A stretch of DNA of 63,788 bases, filler included, from Lenisia limosa (taxonomy: Eukaryota > Protista > Breviatea), in the NCBI GenBank assembly GCA_001655205.1. It is 7 parts of 7 records of this genome, joined end to end, with 100 filler letters (N's around TTAATTAATTAA, not from the genome) between each part and the next. Parts side by side here need not be neighbours in the genome. Positions count along the whole stretch, not along the records: positions 25,292 to 39,080 come from LPNZ01010226.1; 6 more parts are not named here. One strand, given 5' to 3'. This document shows, in pieces, positions 25,300 through 37,279 of the stretch; within the stretch, counting starts at the first letter, position 1; every line of letters begins with the position of its first letter. A model generated the notes under the pieces. It was not told where the DNA came from, searched no databases, and was given only the letters and a program-made list of their open reading frames with translations. The position numbers were made by a program, and so were the translations under genes.

Positions 25300-28200
25300 T
25301 CCAGCCCTGTTTCCACAACCGCCACCCATTATCAATCTCCACGTAAACAACCCACAAGTTATTCACAACCGCCCACTGTCAATATCGAGGTCATCAGCGT
25401 GAATGGAGGGGGAGCTGTTGATGGGGAATGGTTTGTTGGGGAGACCGCTGTTTGCCCAGGTGTGCTGGTCTGATGCGGTTACGCCAACCTGGGGGGGGGC
25501 AGGGTAAAATTTAAAACGCTATGAAACAACAACAACAACAAAAAAAAAGCCCGAAATCAACTCTGTTGACAACAAAAGAGAGAAGCACCTGAGATAACAG
25601 TTACGCCAAACGAAAGTAACCCAGAATCTACTGTGCTGGTAACAAAACAAAGCCAAAGGACAAACACTTCAGGGTGCAGCAAGGTCTCCATTACAATAGT
25701 GGGATCTCTTCGGAGCATAGACTCATGCTACCCCCCACACCCCCGTACCTGAGCAGCAGAAGCCAGGTTGCTTTCGGCGGAAAACGACACTGGAGGTCCC
25801 ACTGGCGACGGAATGCCAGGTCCAGCAAAACCCGAGTATTGCTGGGGGGCTGAGAACAGCGAGCCTGAAGGCACGGCCGACTGTGTTGGCTGAAATGTGA
25901 GACGTGGTTGGAAAGTCAGACCACTCGCCCTTATCATATAGGGCTTCACTTCGGTTCGAAAAAAGACTGAATTTCTCGATAAATCTTCGAAAATTATCGA
26001 TATTTTACCGGCATTTTTTGAACCGAAGTGAAGCCCTAATCATACACCCCTCCCCCAGACCTGGAAGGCCATGCCAAACGGATTGCTCGAAGAAAAGAGA
26101 GAACCGCCCTCATTGCTCCAGACTGGTGGTTTGAAGGGCTCATTCTACGTTGTAATGATTGGTAGTAATTAGACTTTGATACGTCGAGATAAGAAGAAAA
26201 ACATATTCTACTAAATGCATGTCATTTATATGTATCGATATATACTAGATGAGAAACAAAAAACATAAAAATAGTAACAGATGAGTAACTAAGTGTTTAT
26301 CAGCTATCAGATTATCATGCCAAAACATCTAAGTGCTCAATACTGTTGTTTATTGATACCACAGTTGAGCCAAATATCACAGAGCCCTCCTTTAACCCCC
26401 CCCCCTCACCTGGCTTCTTACCTTCGGAATATCACTGGGCGGCAAGGGTATTGTCTCGGGAGGGGGGGACGCGGAGCCCGTGCTGGGGGTCGCGCTGGGA
26501 CTATGCTCGGATGGCTCAGTGGGGAGTGGGGGCGAGTGCGAGAGAATGGCAGGCGGCCTCATGATGGAGTGCATACTCTGCATGCCTGGCGTGGGCTGTT
26601 TNNNNNNNNNNNNNNNNNNNNNNNNNNNNNNNNNNNNNNNNNNNNNNNNNNNNNNNNNNNNNNNNNNNNNNNNNNNTGAAGCAAATGTGAACTGAGACGC
26701 TTATATATATACTGAATACACTCCCTCCTAAAAGAGAACATTTACCCTATCTGCTGGGCCATATCCCTCGATAATACAATATAATAATACTATACTACGC
26801 AATAGTAAAATATAATAATAACACTATACTATACAATGACGGTGATGACCACGATAATGAAATAATATAATAGTAATACTATACTATAAAATAACGGTGA
26901 TGCCCACGATAATGAAATTTAATAATAATTATACTATACAATCACGGATTTTGGCTTTATCGTTAATTACTCGTGTCAGGACTAATCATGGTCACTGTAT
27001 AAAGAAGAAGCATGGCAGAATAGTAATATATTTATAGTATATCATATATACCTATGTATCTCCCACCTGCTGCGTATTAGGCCCGCGATGCCGCGACGGC
27101 TGTTTCGGACCAGTCCATGTCGGAACGTGTTGATGGGGGTGCGACACTGCAGCAGCCTAAAGCGGCATAAGTAGGGCTTCACTTCGGTTCGAAAACACCA
27201 CTGAATTTCTAGATAAAACTTCGAAAATTATGGATATTTTACTGGTATTTTTCGAACCAAACTGAAGCCTTAGTCATAAGGAGGGCTTCCCAACAGTCTC
27301 GAAAACACCACTGGAATAACGATATTAGAATCGGTTTTATCTAGAATCTCTATCCCTCGTCATGAATCAGCAAGTCTGGGTAATAAAAACAGTATGTACA
27401 TTCCCTATTGAGAATTATCACCCCCCCCCACTTGGTTGCTCGGATGCATGCGACTGTCAGTGACATGAGGCTGGACTATGTGGCGAATGGGGGCCCGAGG
27501 CACCTGAGGCTTCAGCTAGGGGAGGGAGGGTGAGGCTAGTCGTTGTTTTGCTTTTGGGTAAGCCGAATATTTAAGAGTATTATTTGGGCTTCGATTGAAT
27601 GAATCACTCTTTGGCTGTAGTAAATAAACATCCCAATTTCATTAGAAGACGCTTTAAGAATAGAAGTCAGTAAAACACAGCAGAGAAAGTCACTTACACG
27701 AAAGCTCAAAATGTAAGTAATATAAGCTTAGAATGTAAGCTATGTCAGTTATCAGATTTCGCACCTCCGGAGCTGTGGAAGGTGCCGGTGTCTTCGCTTG
27801 CTTGCTCTCCTTCTCCTTCCGTGACTTCTCCTCCTCGACCAATAATGCCTATTCAGTCAGTCAATTGCAAAACAACGTTCCCTGAGCTTCAAAACCACAA
27901 TCTATCGTGGAAAGTACAAAGTTCAATTAAGTCATGGAAACTTTCGACCGACCTTCATATCCTTCTCAAGGCTCAGGATATCGGGGTGCCCTGGGGGGAG
28001 ACTCTCAAGAATCGCGGCAATCTGGGGGGGGGGGGNNNNNNNNNNNNNNNNNNNNNNNNNNNNNNNNNNNNNNNNNNNNNNNNNNNNNNNNNNNNNNNNN
28101 NNNNNNNNNNNNNNNNNNNNNNNNNNNNNNNNNNNNNNNNNNNNNNNNNNNNNNNNNNNNNNNNNNNNNNNNNNTGCATACATGTACATATGTATATGAG

Positions 28201-31200
28201 ATGTATCAATAGCAATTAATAAATTTAGCAATTTTGTATTGAGTAACTATTATAATGGATCCTTCAAAGTATATCAAAAAACCTAGTATTCAAGAGTATG
28301 TACTGGGATGGTGATATAAAGTGCCTTTGGAACATACCTTCGCTGAATTTGTTTTCTTCTTCTTAGCTGTACTCCTTTCTAAATGTGGGGTAAAATCGGA
28401 ATGTAATAGGGTGAACCGGGGAGTTAGGCTGCCCCGTCAGAATTAATATATGCAAACATCACCATAGTATATTAGAATCCTTAACCAGAAGTAATCTGCA
28501 GCATCTTTTACAAAGGTTTGCACCGAAATGAAGCACCCCATCCATACCCGGAAGTTCAGTCTTCTTCGATTCCGCTTCGGGTGTCTTGATGGTCGAAATA
28601 GACTCCACCGTTTCTTCCGTCTTCTTTTTCTTCTTTTTCCTTCTCCTCTTCTTTCCTCCCTCCTCCACTTCGTCCTTCTTCTCCTCCATCTGAGACTGTG
28701 CAATCTTTTCTGCTATCTTCTCTTTTTCTAACGTTTCAGCCATCTCTGCTTTCTTTGCCTTTTCAAGAGTCTCCTCCTTCTCCTTCTCCTCCTTAAGCTT
28801 CTTCTCAAGTTGCTTCTTCTTTTCAGCTTTTAGCTGTACTCTCTTCTCATCGTCCTTCTTCTGCTGAGCCTTTTGAGCTTCTTTCTGTCGCTTCTGCTCT
28901 TCGTCCTTCTCATGCTGTATCCTCTCTTCCCTCTCCTTCTCCCTCTCCTTCTCCTTTCTTCGAATTTCATCATCTTCTTTATCCAACTTCGCTTTTGCCT
29001 CCATTTCCTCCCTCTCTTCCTTCTCCTTTTCAATCTAAATCAATAATCTCAAGGCTATGCAAAACTCAACAAATTTCAAACATACAAACACAGGAGGGAA
29101 ATTATGACCGAATGTCTGGAGAGAACTTCAAAGTTATAGTATTAGAGACGCTTGTTCTTACCTCTTTCTTTGCCTTGAGGATTTGATTTTTCTTCTTCTT
29201 CTTTTCCTTTTTCTTTTCATTCTTCACCTTTTCTCTTTCCTCCTACCAAGGGTGAAAATCAGTGGTTAATTATTAATTACATTTCAGGAAACACTATCGA
29301 TATTATCAATACTTCAAATCATGATCCCGAAAAAATAAAAAGGCCATAGGATTACAATAAGTTCTACCCCCCCCCCCNNNNNNNNNNNNNNNNNNNNNNN
29401 NNNNNNNNNNNNNNNNNNNNNNNNNNNNNNNNNNNNNNNNNNNNNNNNNNNNNNCCTTGTTCTTCTCCAAGTCAAGAAGGGAAGAAGCGAATCCATTTAG
29501 AGCCTCCGAATGGGCTGATGGGTGAGAAAACAGACTGTTTGCCTTTTCATATATTCATTCATACAATACAAACTGTTACACTTGTAATCAACAAAGAATG
29601 TCTCACCACAAACAACCCCAATATGTAGCCAATTGGGCGGGTAATGTTTCTATTGTATCCCTAATATTATGTATTTATTTGTTTCCTTGGATTTCTAATG
29701 TTTTTTTATTTCTCTTGTTCAAAAAAGGAAAGGTATGAAAATCCTGCGAACTCTGTTTGAAAAGAGTGAGCTCGTCTGATGATTTGAAGGAATGCCGCAT
29801 ATCCTCCACGCAGTCTATTGCGGCACATACATGAACGCCTAAAGGGGAAGGGGGTGACGTCTGTGCGTTTGATAATATAACCATCCACATATCCTTTTTC
29901 CATAACAGAATACATTATACAATCCCCCACCCCCCACCATCCAAGAAAGCGGCTCCGACTTTAAACGCAANNNNNNNNNNNNNNNNNNNNNNNNNNNNNN
30001 NNNNNNNNNNNNNNNNNNNNNNNNNNNNNNNNNNNNNNNNNNNNNNNNNNNNNNNNNNNNNNNNNNNTCCAAAACAGCTAGATAGGTTAGAACAGACAAA
30101 TAGAATGCTTTTCAGAACAATAAACACGAAACCCCCCGCTGCTTCTCAATATTTTCCGAATACTTATCGAGAAAATCAGTCATTGTCTGTGTTAAGAGAA
30201 CCTAGCGAAACCATCGTACCAGTGAGGAAAGTGAGGGACTCCGGCAGATACGTACTCACCGTGCCAGGCCAGCGTGCTTCAATCGCAGTTCGGACCTGGC
30301 GGAGAGTAAAATTGGAAAATTTATGAAGAGACAATCAACTCTGTTGGCTGACAACACACAAGGATTGATAACAACAAAAAAAAAAAAAAAAAAAAAANNN
30401 NNNNNNNNNNNNNNNNNNNNNNNNNNNNNNNNNNNNNNNNNNNNNNNNNNNNNNNNNNTACGTAAAATTGGACAATTTATGAAACAAAAAGCCCAAACAA
30501 CTCAATTGGCTGACAGCACACGAGGGTTGATAACAACAAAACAAATACATCCCAGGCCAGTCGCCTCTGCCTGGTGGGGAGTACCAACTCTCTAGTATCT
30601 CGAATACTGTAACATAAAATGATTTGCCCATGATAAAATATAGGGATAAACGGAAAAAGATGGCTCCATGTCGAAAGAGTCTTTATCATCAAGAAATATA
30701 CCTATTGTAGTAATACGTGTCTTCAGATATTATGATATAATATGATAGTATTTGATTAATAATTTCTCGATATGTATTGGACATTGAGACTCTTTCACCC
30801 CCTCACCTCATCACTGCTCAATAGCAGAGGAGGCAGCTCTCCACGGGGAACACACCCCAAAAGGGCTTCCACTCGTTTGGCCTTCTCCAGGCCGGGCTTG
30901 ATTCCAATCTAAGATCGTCAGGGTATACAGGCAATTCAGTCCGCCCTTGTTTTTATTTTTATTATTTGCAGTTTCAGATTATTTGGTACGGGATAGTACC
31001 TTTACGCCAATATTCGTCAAAATTTTCTTCGTTCACTCCCCCCCTCCCCCTCCAACCTGCAGCAACCCAAAGGAAATGCAGGCATCTCTCAAATCGTTGA
31101 CAAATTCAAAGAAGACTGCACGTTCGATTTCGCGGAAGGAAACTTTTGTACCCGCCGGCATCTTAGTGGTGAAGGGAATGGCGAATAATCGGGGAGAAGT

Positions 31201-32400
31201 AGGGCTTCACTTCGGTTCGAAAAAAAGACTGAATCTCTCGATAAATCCTCGAAAACTATCGATAATTTACCGGTTTTTTTCAAACAGAAGTGAAGCCCTA
31301 GAGAGAAGGAAGCAACTGAGGAGAAACTGTAAAAAGTGCAGTCCATACCTTTTGGGCGGCAACAAACTCAACGACATAAATAATGATGGACATGAGCAGA
31401 TCAGAGATCAAGCTATACGCCGAATTGTCAGCCTCCAGTCCATGGAACTCAGTGGTGCCACAAGACTGCGCAATCAACGTTGTTTTATGTTTTTTATGTG
31501 AGAAGAATACAATAAAATCTGGAGATGCGATGTGAGGTATAACTATGGAAGTGCTAAAAGTTTATACAGGTAGTGTCTGACCAAAAACTTGCCAATCACG
31601 TTTATTGACTGTTGTTAACTTAACTTAGCATTTGCCTTTTGACGTATGCAGAATAAACCTTTCAAAAAATGAATCTTTTTTAAGTTTTCCAAAAGATACA
31701 TATGACATATCATATGTACAGACTAAAAGCCACGATTTTAGAAGCAGTAACTAACCTGGTGAAGCACCAAAGGTAGGCCAGAGAATATTTTGTCATCTTG
31801 AGTCTCTGTGAAATGGCCAAGGGGGTCTGAAACCGTCATATGAGGCTGGTATAAAAGACTATACTATATTTCAGACTTGTAGTATAGACTGATGTAATAC
31901 ACTACTATTAAAAATGGCTGATATAAATGACAAAACATTGCAAAATACTACTATGATTGACATAAAAGCCAGACATAGAGAATAGTTGCAAGAGCTTCAT
32001 CATCTGTGACAAAAAACAATAAAACAAATAGATTGGGCATCAGCAAGATGACTAAACTTATGAGCACTGTTCCAATATAAGCCATACCTTTGTCGATGCT
32101 GTGATACTCGCACCCTGGAATCAACTGTGACATACCATCCCTGTTGATCGGGATGAAGTCGCCTGAAGGATGATCACCCCATCTGCTGCCTTCCATAAGG
32201 ATTTTATCTCGCCCAAATAGCCTCCAGACAGAAAGCTGCCCCAAGGGGGTCAAAGCATAAGCTTCACCATTTACTGTTACGGGTCCAAAGAGGTAGGGGA
32301 TCCCGGCTTCGATCGTCTCTAGATGCGAAACACCATCTAAGTCGTCCAAAACAGAGATTTTCATGGTCGTTGTCCGAGAGAAACAACCATGAAATTGTGA
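25300..32400 (-). CDS. Large multi-exon unknown protein with long Lys/Glu-rich coiled coil and Pro/Ser-rich region
   Basis: Exons at 31951-32364 (KISVLDDLDGVSHLE..), 31060-31170 (KVSFREIERAVFFEFVNDLRD), 28459-29004 (K/E-rich), 26400-26590 and 25730-25900 (Pro/Ser-rich). May or may not be contiguous with the 23070-25130 gene. Confidence 0.6.
25489..25577 (-). repeat. Intron-3'-anchored repeat family, copy ending in the acceptor AG
   Basis: Sense reading TTGTTGTCAACAGAGTTGATTTCGGGCTTTTT..GTTTCATAGCG..AATTTTACCCTGCCCCCCCCCAG| followed by an exon. Confidence 0.7.
25941..26036. mobile_element. ~96-bp GGGCTTCACTTCGG MITE, reference copy (intronic)
   Basis: TA|GGGCTTCACTTCGGTTC...GAACCGAAGTGAAGCCC|TA, perfect 17-bp TIR; internal hairpin TCGATAA..TTATCGA. 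Confidence 0.88.
26781..26948. repeat. AT-rich minisatellite, ~50-55-bp unit x3
   Basis: ACGGTGATG(A/C)CCACGATAATGAAAT..ATACTATA; ACGG anchors at 26839, 26894 and 26944. Confidence 0.75.
27174..27270. mobile_element. GGGCTTCACTTCGG MITE copy, followed by a partial duplicate at ~27283-27320
   Basis: TA|GGGCTTCACTTCGGTTCG..CGAACCAAACTGAAGCCT|TA. Confidence 0.85.
30296..30575 (-). repeat. Two copies of the intron-3'-anchored repeat (30296-30397 and 30460-30575) separated by an N gap
   Basis: First copy ends CCAATTTTACTCTCCGCCAG| directly before a 36-nt exon (VRTAIEARWPGT) closed by GTGAGT. The second copy differs at several positions, so it is not an overlap artefact. Confidence 0.8.
31202..31298. 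mobile_element. GGGCTTCACTTCGG MITE copy (intronic)
   Basis: TA|GGGCTTCACTTCGGTTCG..AACAGAAGTGAAGCCC|TA. Confidence 0.88.
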
Positions 32401-33065
32401 CCTGGAACTAGGTACTTTCTAATATTCGACTTGCTTATTCAAACATATACAAATACAGTTATACCTTCCAAACCAACTGAATGAAACGAAAAACCAATTT
32501 ACATTTATATCATCCAAAACTGGGAGTACGGTCAGCCTAGTTTGGTATTTAACAGCGTCAACTCTCGCACGCACCTCTTTAATCTGCACTAGATTCTTTT
32601 AGTTACACGATATTTCACAATAAAGGAGGGCAGAAGGAGTTAACCAATTCGGAGAGAAAAATCCCACATTTTGGCGCCTTCCTCATCGATCGTACAACAT
32701 AGGTTTGTTGAGACAGGTTTAATTGTTATATAAAAATATAAATCAGAGATGAAGATTTAGGACAATTTGGTTTTTATTCAAAATGTGATGAACTAATTCC
32801 AATTATCTCCACATTCTCACCTAAAACAATTAATTTTTATTATTATTATTTTTTATTATTATTTTTTATTATTTTTTTATTGTGTGTGTGTACCTCTGTA
32901 TTATTAATTCTAACTATTCCCGATTGTTTTGAGAAAATTCAGATTTATATGAAAAGAAAGTGAAAATGTAAAAGAGGGGATTTTTTCTGAGCGTTTGATT
33001 TACCCAATCAGTTATCACAATCGACAAAGGATGACACATCATTCGCTCCTGATACATTTGTGAAA

Positions 33066-36000
33066 ATGTCCCAAGAAGACAGGCAGGAATGTCCTATCTG
33101 TGCGGAGCCCTATGATGGTGATCTTGTAAGTGGGAGAGCTTTATGATGGTAATGTTGCTAGTTGAGTTTTGTATTTTGTTTTTTCTCATCTTCTGACACT
33201 CTAGCATCGTGCTACAGCTCTATCCTGCGGCCATGTACTTTGTGTAGCATGGTGGGTCTGATAAGTCAATAGGTTACATGAAGACATATCATAGTATGAT
33301 ATAATATGGGTAGGGAATCCCAAAAATGTTTGAAACATATGGAATCCCTTAATATCGGGTACATAGGATATAAGTAGTACAGGATTTAAATATTCTCATT
33401 CGAAGCAGTTGTGTTTATTTTATAATTGCCCCTTTTCTCCCATCAAACAAAATCACAGTTTCATTCCGGAATCACGTTTTAGCTCTGCCAATATAACGAT
33501 TTGCGCACCTCGACGAATGTGAGAAGGCTATTTTTTATGCTTCATTTGCATGTCAACATAGTGTCATTTTCAGCCAGTTCATTCTGCTCTTTATGTACAT
33601 ATTTATAGGATACAGTTGACTTAAGGATGTACTGTTTGTTTTTGGATTACTGGTCTGTTACCTCGACAGCCAAAAACCGAATAGCAACGAACGGTGTTTC
33701 TACTGCAGAGAAGCCACTCGCAGTTTGACTCCTCTGTTCCTCTTTGATGGAAGCAATGTGAGTGTGGAGTGTGCATAAATTTGCATTATTTCTATCAGGG
33801 TGGTTCAAAAATCTAATTCATCCGGGCTCGAATGAATTTCTCGTTCAACCGCAACGGTCTTATTATACCAGAGTCAGTAAATATCTCTATATTTTTATAG
33901 TGCATTCCACATGAAACTAACACATCAGTGCTCTGTTGCTCCAGCCGCTCTCGTAGATCCTCAAAGTGCCGATGAACTGAAGGTTTGTGGGGAAAGTATT
34001 CAGTCACAAATATGACTTTTTGAAAATAATATTATCTAAAGCTTGTGGTGTTCCTCAGAGGATTCTTTGAAGACTGTATGAACAAACAGTTTACCAATTC
34101 CCGTACAATAAAGTCATTTACCATATTTTATTTCCATGTTTAGAAGGAACTGCTAAAAGCAAGACGTTATCTCAATGTAAGCTGTCTTCGTGATTTGATT
34201 GTTTCTCAATTTATCCTTTTTTTTCTCACGTATAGGATAAAAAAGCAGAACTTGAACAGCTTAAGACAAAGAATGGCATTCTCAGCAATGAAATGGATGA
34301 AGTCCAAGCAGCTGTAAGCAATATAAATGCTTTTGTTTTCCCAAATATTACATTTAGCGTATGATGTCTCCAAAACCTTCAATTGTTAAATCGTTGTTAG
34401 GGGTCTTTCAAATCATCGTTATAACATACAGTTACATATGAGCGGAGGCGAATACGTACTCATTACTTTATTGCACTTATTAACCCCCAATCAGAATGCG
34501 GAGAACATCAAAGAAATGCTAAGCTGGAAAAACAGTCACAGTAATATTCAAAGTAAGCTATTTTTTTTTTGACTAAATTCAATCCTGTCACTATAACCAC
34601 TACATTTAATATGTAGATCGGTGGGTTTATACATGTGAGTCTTATGTCGACTCACCCCCACTCAGAAAAAGCTGGCGATATGCGCGCGAACTATCTCCAT
34701 GAGAAGCATCTCCAGGATCACAAGCTAGATAGCCTTCAGAAGCGAATTGTCTCATTGAGTGAAGAGCTCTTGAGCACAGCACAGAGGGTTGGCTATTCAA
34801 ATAGGCCTTCACTTTTGGTTCAGAATCGCGCTTTTCTCATGAATCCGTGCTCTTATTTCCATTAACATAAAATCCAATACACACTCAATTGTACAGTTGT
34901 GTTTCTTGTCGGATTTGTTTTACATTTGTCCAGGAACAACAGGAGTGCCGAAATGCAGAGACCCAAAAAGCGTAAGGAATAACCACAAGGGTTTCGATTA
35001 CATAGGCCAAGTTAGTGACAGTGATATTGTAATAACTATATTACATGTACATTTCATGTATTAGTTACATATTATATGTAAGAATAATGAATTCTCAGAT
35101 TATGACAGCCTAGAGTTCCGTCTTCTTTTCCAGTGTTTTTACAAGAGCAGAGTCATCATCGTTAACATGTTATAGGCTTCAAGCTCAGTTAAAGAAGGAA
35201 AATGCTGAATATGTAATGATGTTGAAAAAGAAGGATGAGACTGTGAGTGGGCCGTTTTGTTACTCCGAATCTGGAGGAAAGTGGTTCAGTTTTACCACAA
35301 AAAAGTGCAGACAAATCATCATGTTCATTATCCTAATACCCAAACTCTTAGCTTTCAATTACCTCAGTTGCACACTTATACTGATAAGTCCGAAATGCTG
35401 CCTAATTGGTCTTATGTCCTAGATTGAGAAGCTCAATTTCCAACTACGCAGCAAGGCTGATGGTGTCGACAAGCAAAGGGAAAAGGTCAATATCCTCCAG
35501 AGGAAAATCGGTATGATGATGGGGAATTGACAGTATTTGAATGACACAACAGTTTGATATTTGATCGCTTAATATTATACCCAGTTAGATATATTATTAG
35601 GGGCTTTAAAAGATGCATTGTTGTATTATATCAGAACACCTTTTTACTGTACAGACGGACTGAAGCGAAAACTGGAAGTGGCCGAAGGGCAGCCCAGGGT
35701 TCGGGATTCATGTATGGGAAGGGGGGGGGTAAAGTTGGTAGCTTCATCTTCACCTTTGTAGTTCGTATCTTGGGATTGTGGGGTTGATATTTCTACATAT
35801 CCAGGTTTCGTATTCATTCACGCACATTGAGTTCACTCTTGAAGTAATGATGTTCCTTTACGTTATCACTTTCTTGGGAGTTTTGAAACATTACTGCAAA
35901 TATCATCAACAAGTATATTTGTTTTCACTTTTCAGCCTTCCCAGTCCTCTCCCAGCCGAAAGAAGGCAACTTTTTGGAGCTTTCAGCTCCGGCCAAGAAG

Positions 36001-37251
36001 ACCCCTTCCTCCCAGTCTCAGTCTCAGCCCATGCTACTTCCTAATGAGTTCCGCACTTCTCTACGAAATGGTAGCAGGAAACATTTAGAAAATATAACTT
36101 TACAACTGGGGCTTCACTTCGGTTCGAAAAGACTAAATTTATCGATAAATCCTCGAAATCTATCGATATTGTCCAGAACCGAAGTGAAGCCGTATTTACA
36201 ACCTATATTACCTATACCACTTCTTTCCCTCTTGTTCCCAATTCCACTTCATTTTCTAATAACCCCGCCGCTACTCCCTCTCCTCTTACCCCCTCAGCGG
36301 TAATGAAGAAAAATGCCAGTCGAGGGCAGGCATTCAAAGGTAAAGAGCCTGAAATCCTCTATAAGCCGAGGCCGCGTCTCAGCCAGGCTCCAATCGGCAA
36401 ACCCAAGATCCGCAATAGACGTGCACTCGAAATGAGCGATGGTGACGATGAAGAAGAAGTAAAAAAGTTGGCGTGCAGGGGGAGTCATAAGACAGGTACT
36501 TCGAAATGTTTTTGAAAAGTTCAAGTACTACTTCGAAATATTTTTGAAAAGACAAGTACTACTTCGAAATGTTTTTGAAAAGACAAGTACTACTTCGATA
36601 TGATGTTTTTTAAATGTTCGTTTTCTCTAAGGCAAAACCCTAACAACAACAGAAAAGCGCCCAAAAAACTAGCCATCCCACAAATGGCTGCCTTGGACAC
36701 TGCACGTCTTATGAATACTCTCAAAGCAGCTACTGTCAAACCCTTGTCGCTCCGAATGGAACTCACAAAAGAGTTCGGTGCTGATCAAGTTGTTGGTGAA
36801 CGAGCGTTCAACAAGAACATTCTCTTTTCAGAGGCCCACAACGCCCCCATTGACTTCAACATCAGCGGAAGACCTTCATTCAAAAATGACTCCCAGAAGG
36901 CCCATGTTGACCTGGGTAACGGTCCGAGGAAGCCTCGAACCCCCACAGTGTACTATACGGATGATCATGAGAGATCGCCATCCCCTGGAATTGATGGCGA
37001 TGAAATTTTGGGGTTAGTGGGAGGGGTAGAGTTATCAAGTTTAGTGTGGTTCAAATATGAGCCGATATGAGCCGATAAGGGTTTTTTTTTGTTCGGCACC
37101 AAATATGACATTTCGCAGATACGATGCGCGTGACCGCCATCCATTAGCGTACATGCCGAGTGAGATTGGCAATCCGAAGCCGCCGGCTGAGGGCCCAAAA
37201 GAGGTCCGTCAGAGCAGAAATGGCTTGGAAAAGAAGGATTTTGTAATATAA
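33066..37251 (+). CDS. RING-HC (C3HC4) zinc finger plus long coiled coil and low-complexity tail; probable E3 ubiquitin/SUMO ligase
   Basis: Spliced ECPICAEPYDGDL/HRATALSCGHVLCVAC...CFYCREATRSL; coiled-coil exons (HKLDSLQKRIVSLSEELL; IEKLNFQLRSKADGVDKQREKVNILQRKI); TAA ending at 37251. Confidence 0.8.
36109..36192. mobile_element. GGGCTTCACTTCGG MITE copy with internal deletion (intronic)
   Basis: GGGCTTCACTTCGGTTC..GAACCGAAGTGAAGCCG|TA. Confidence 0.85.
36496..36598. repeat. 31-bp minisatellite x3.3 (intronic)
   Basis: CAAGTACTACTTCGAAATGTTTTTGAAAAGA at 36522, 36553 and 36584. Confidence 0.92.
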
Positions 37252-37279
37252 TAACGGCCACCCTCATAAACCATTGTTC

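Noticed and set aside
25948-25960. GGTTCGA in the MITE TIR as a tRNA T-loop / Pol III B-box (tRNA or SINE)
   Set aside because: No A-box, cloverleaf or poly-A/T tail; the motif is part of an inverted terminus.
29706-29930. LRGGYAAF as a rhodanese-domain motif
   Set aside because: Reading frame across neighbouring splice sites is ambiguous and I could not find the rest of the domain.
32667-32675. E2F-like TTTGGCGC upstream of the RING gene
   Set aside because: A single 8-mer without TSS data or conservation is insufficient.
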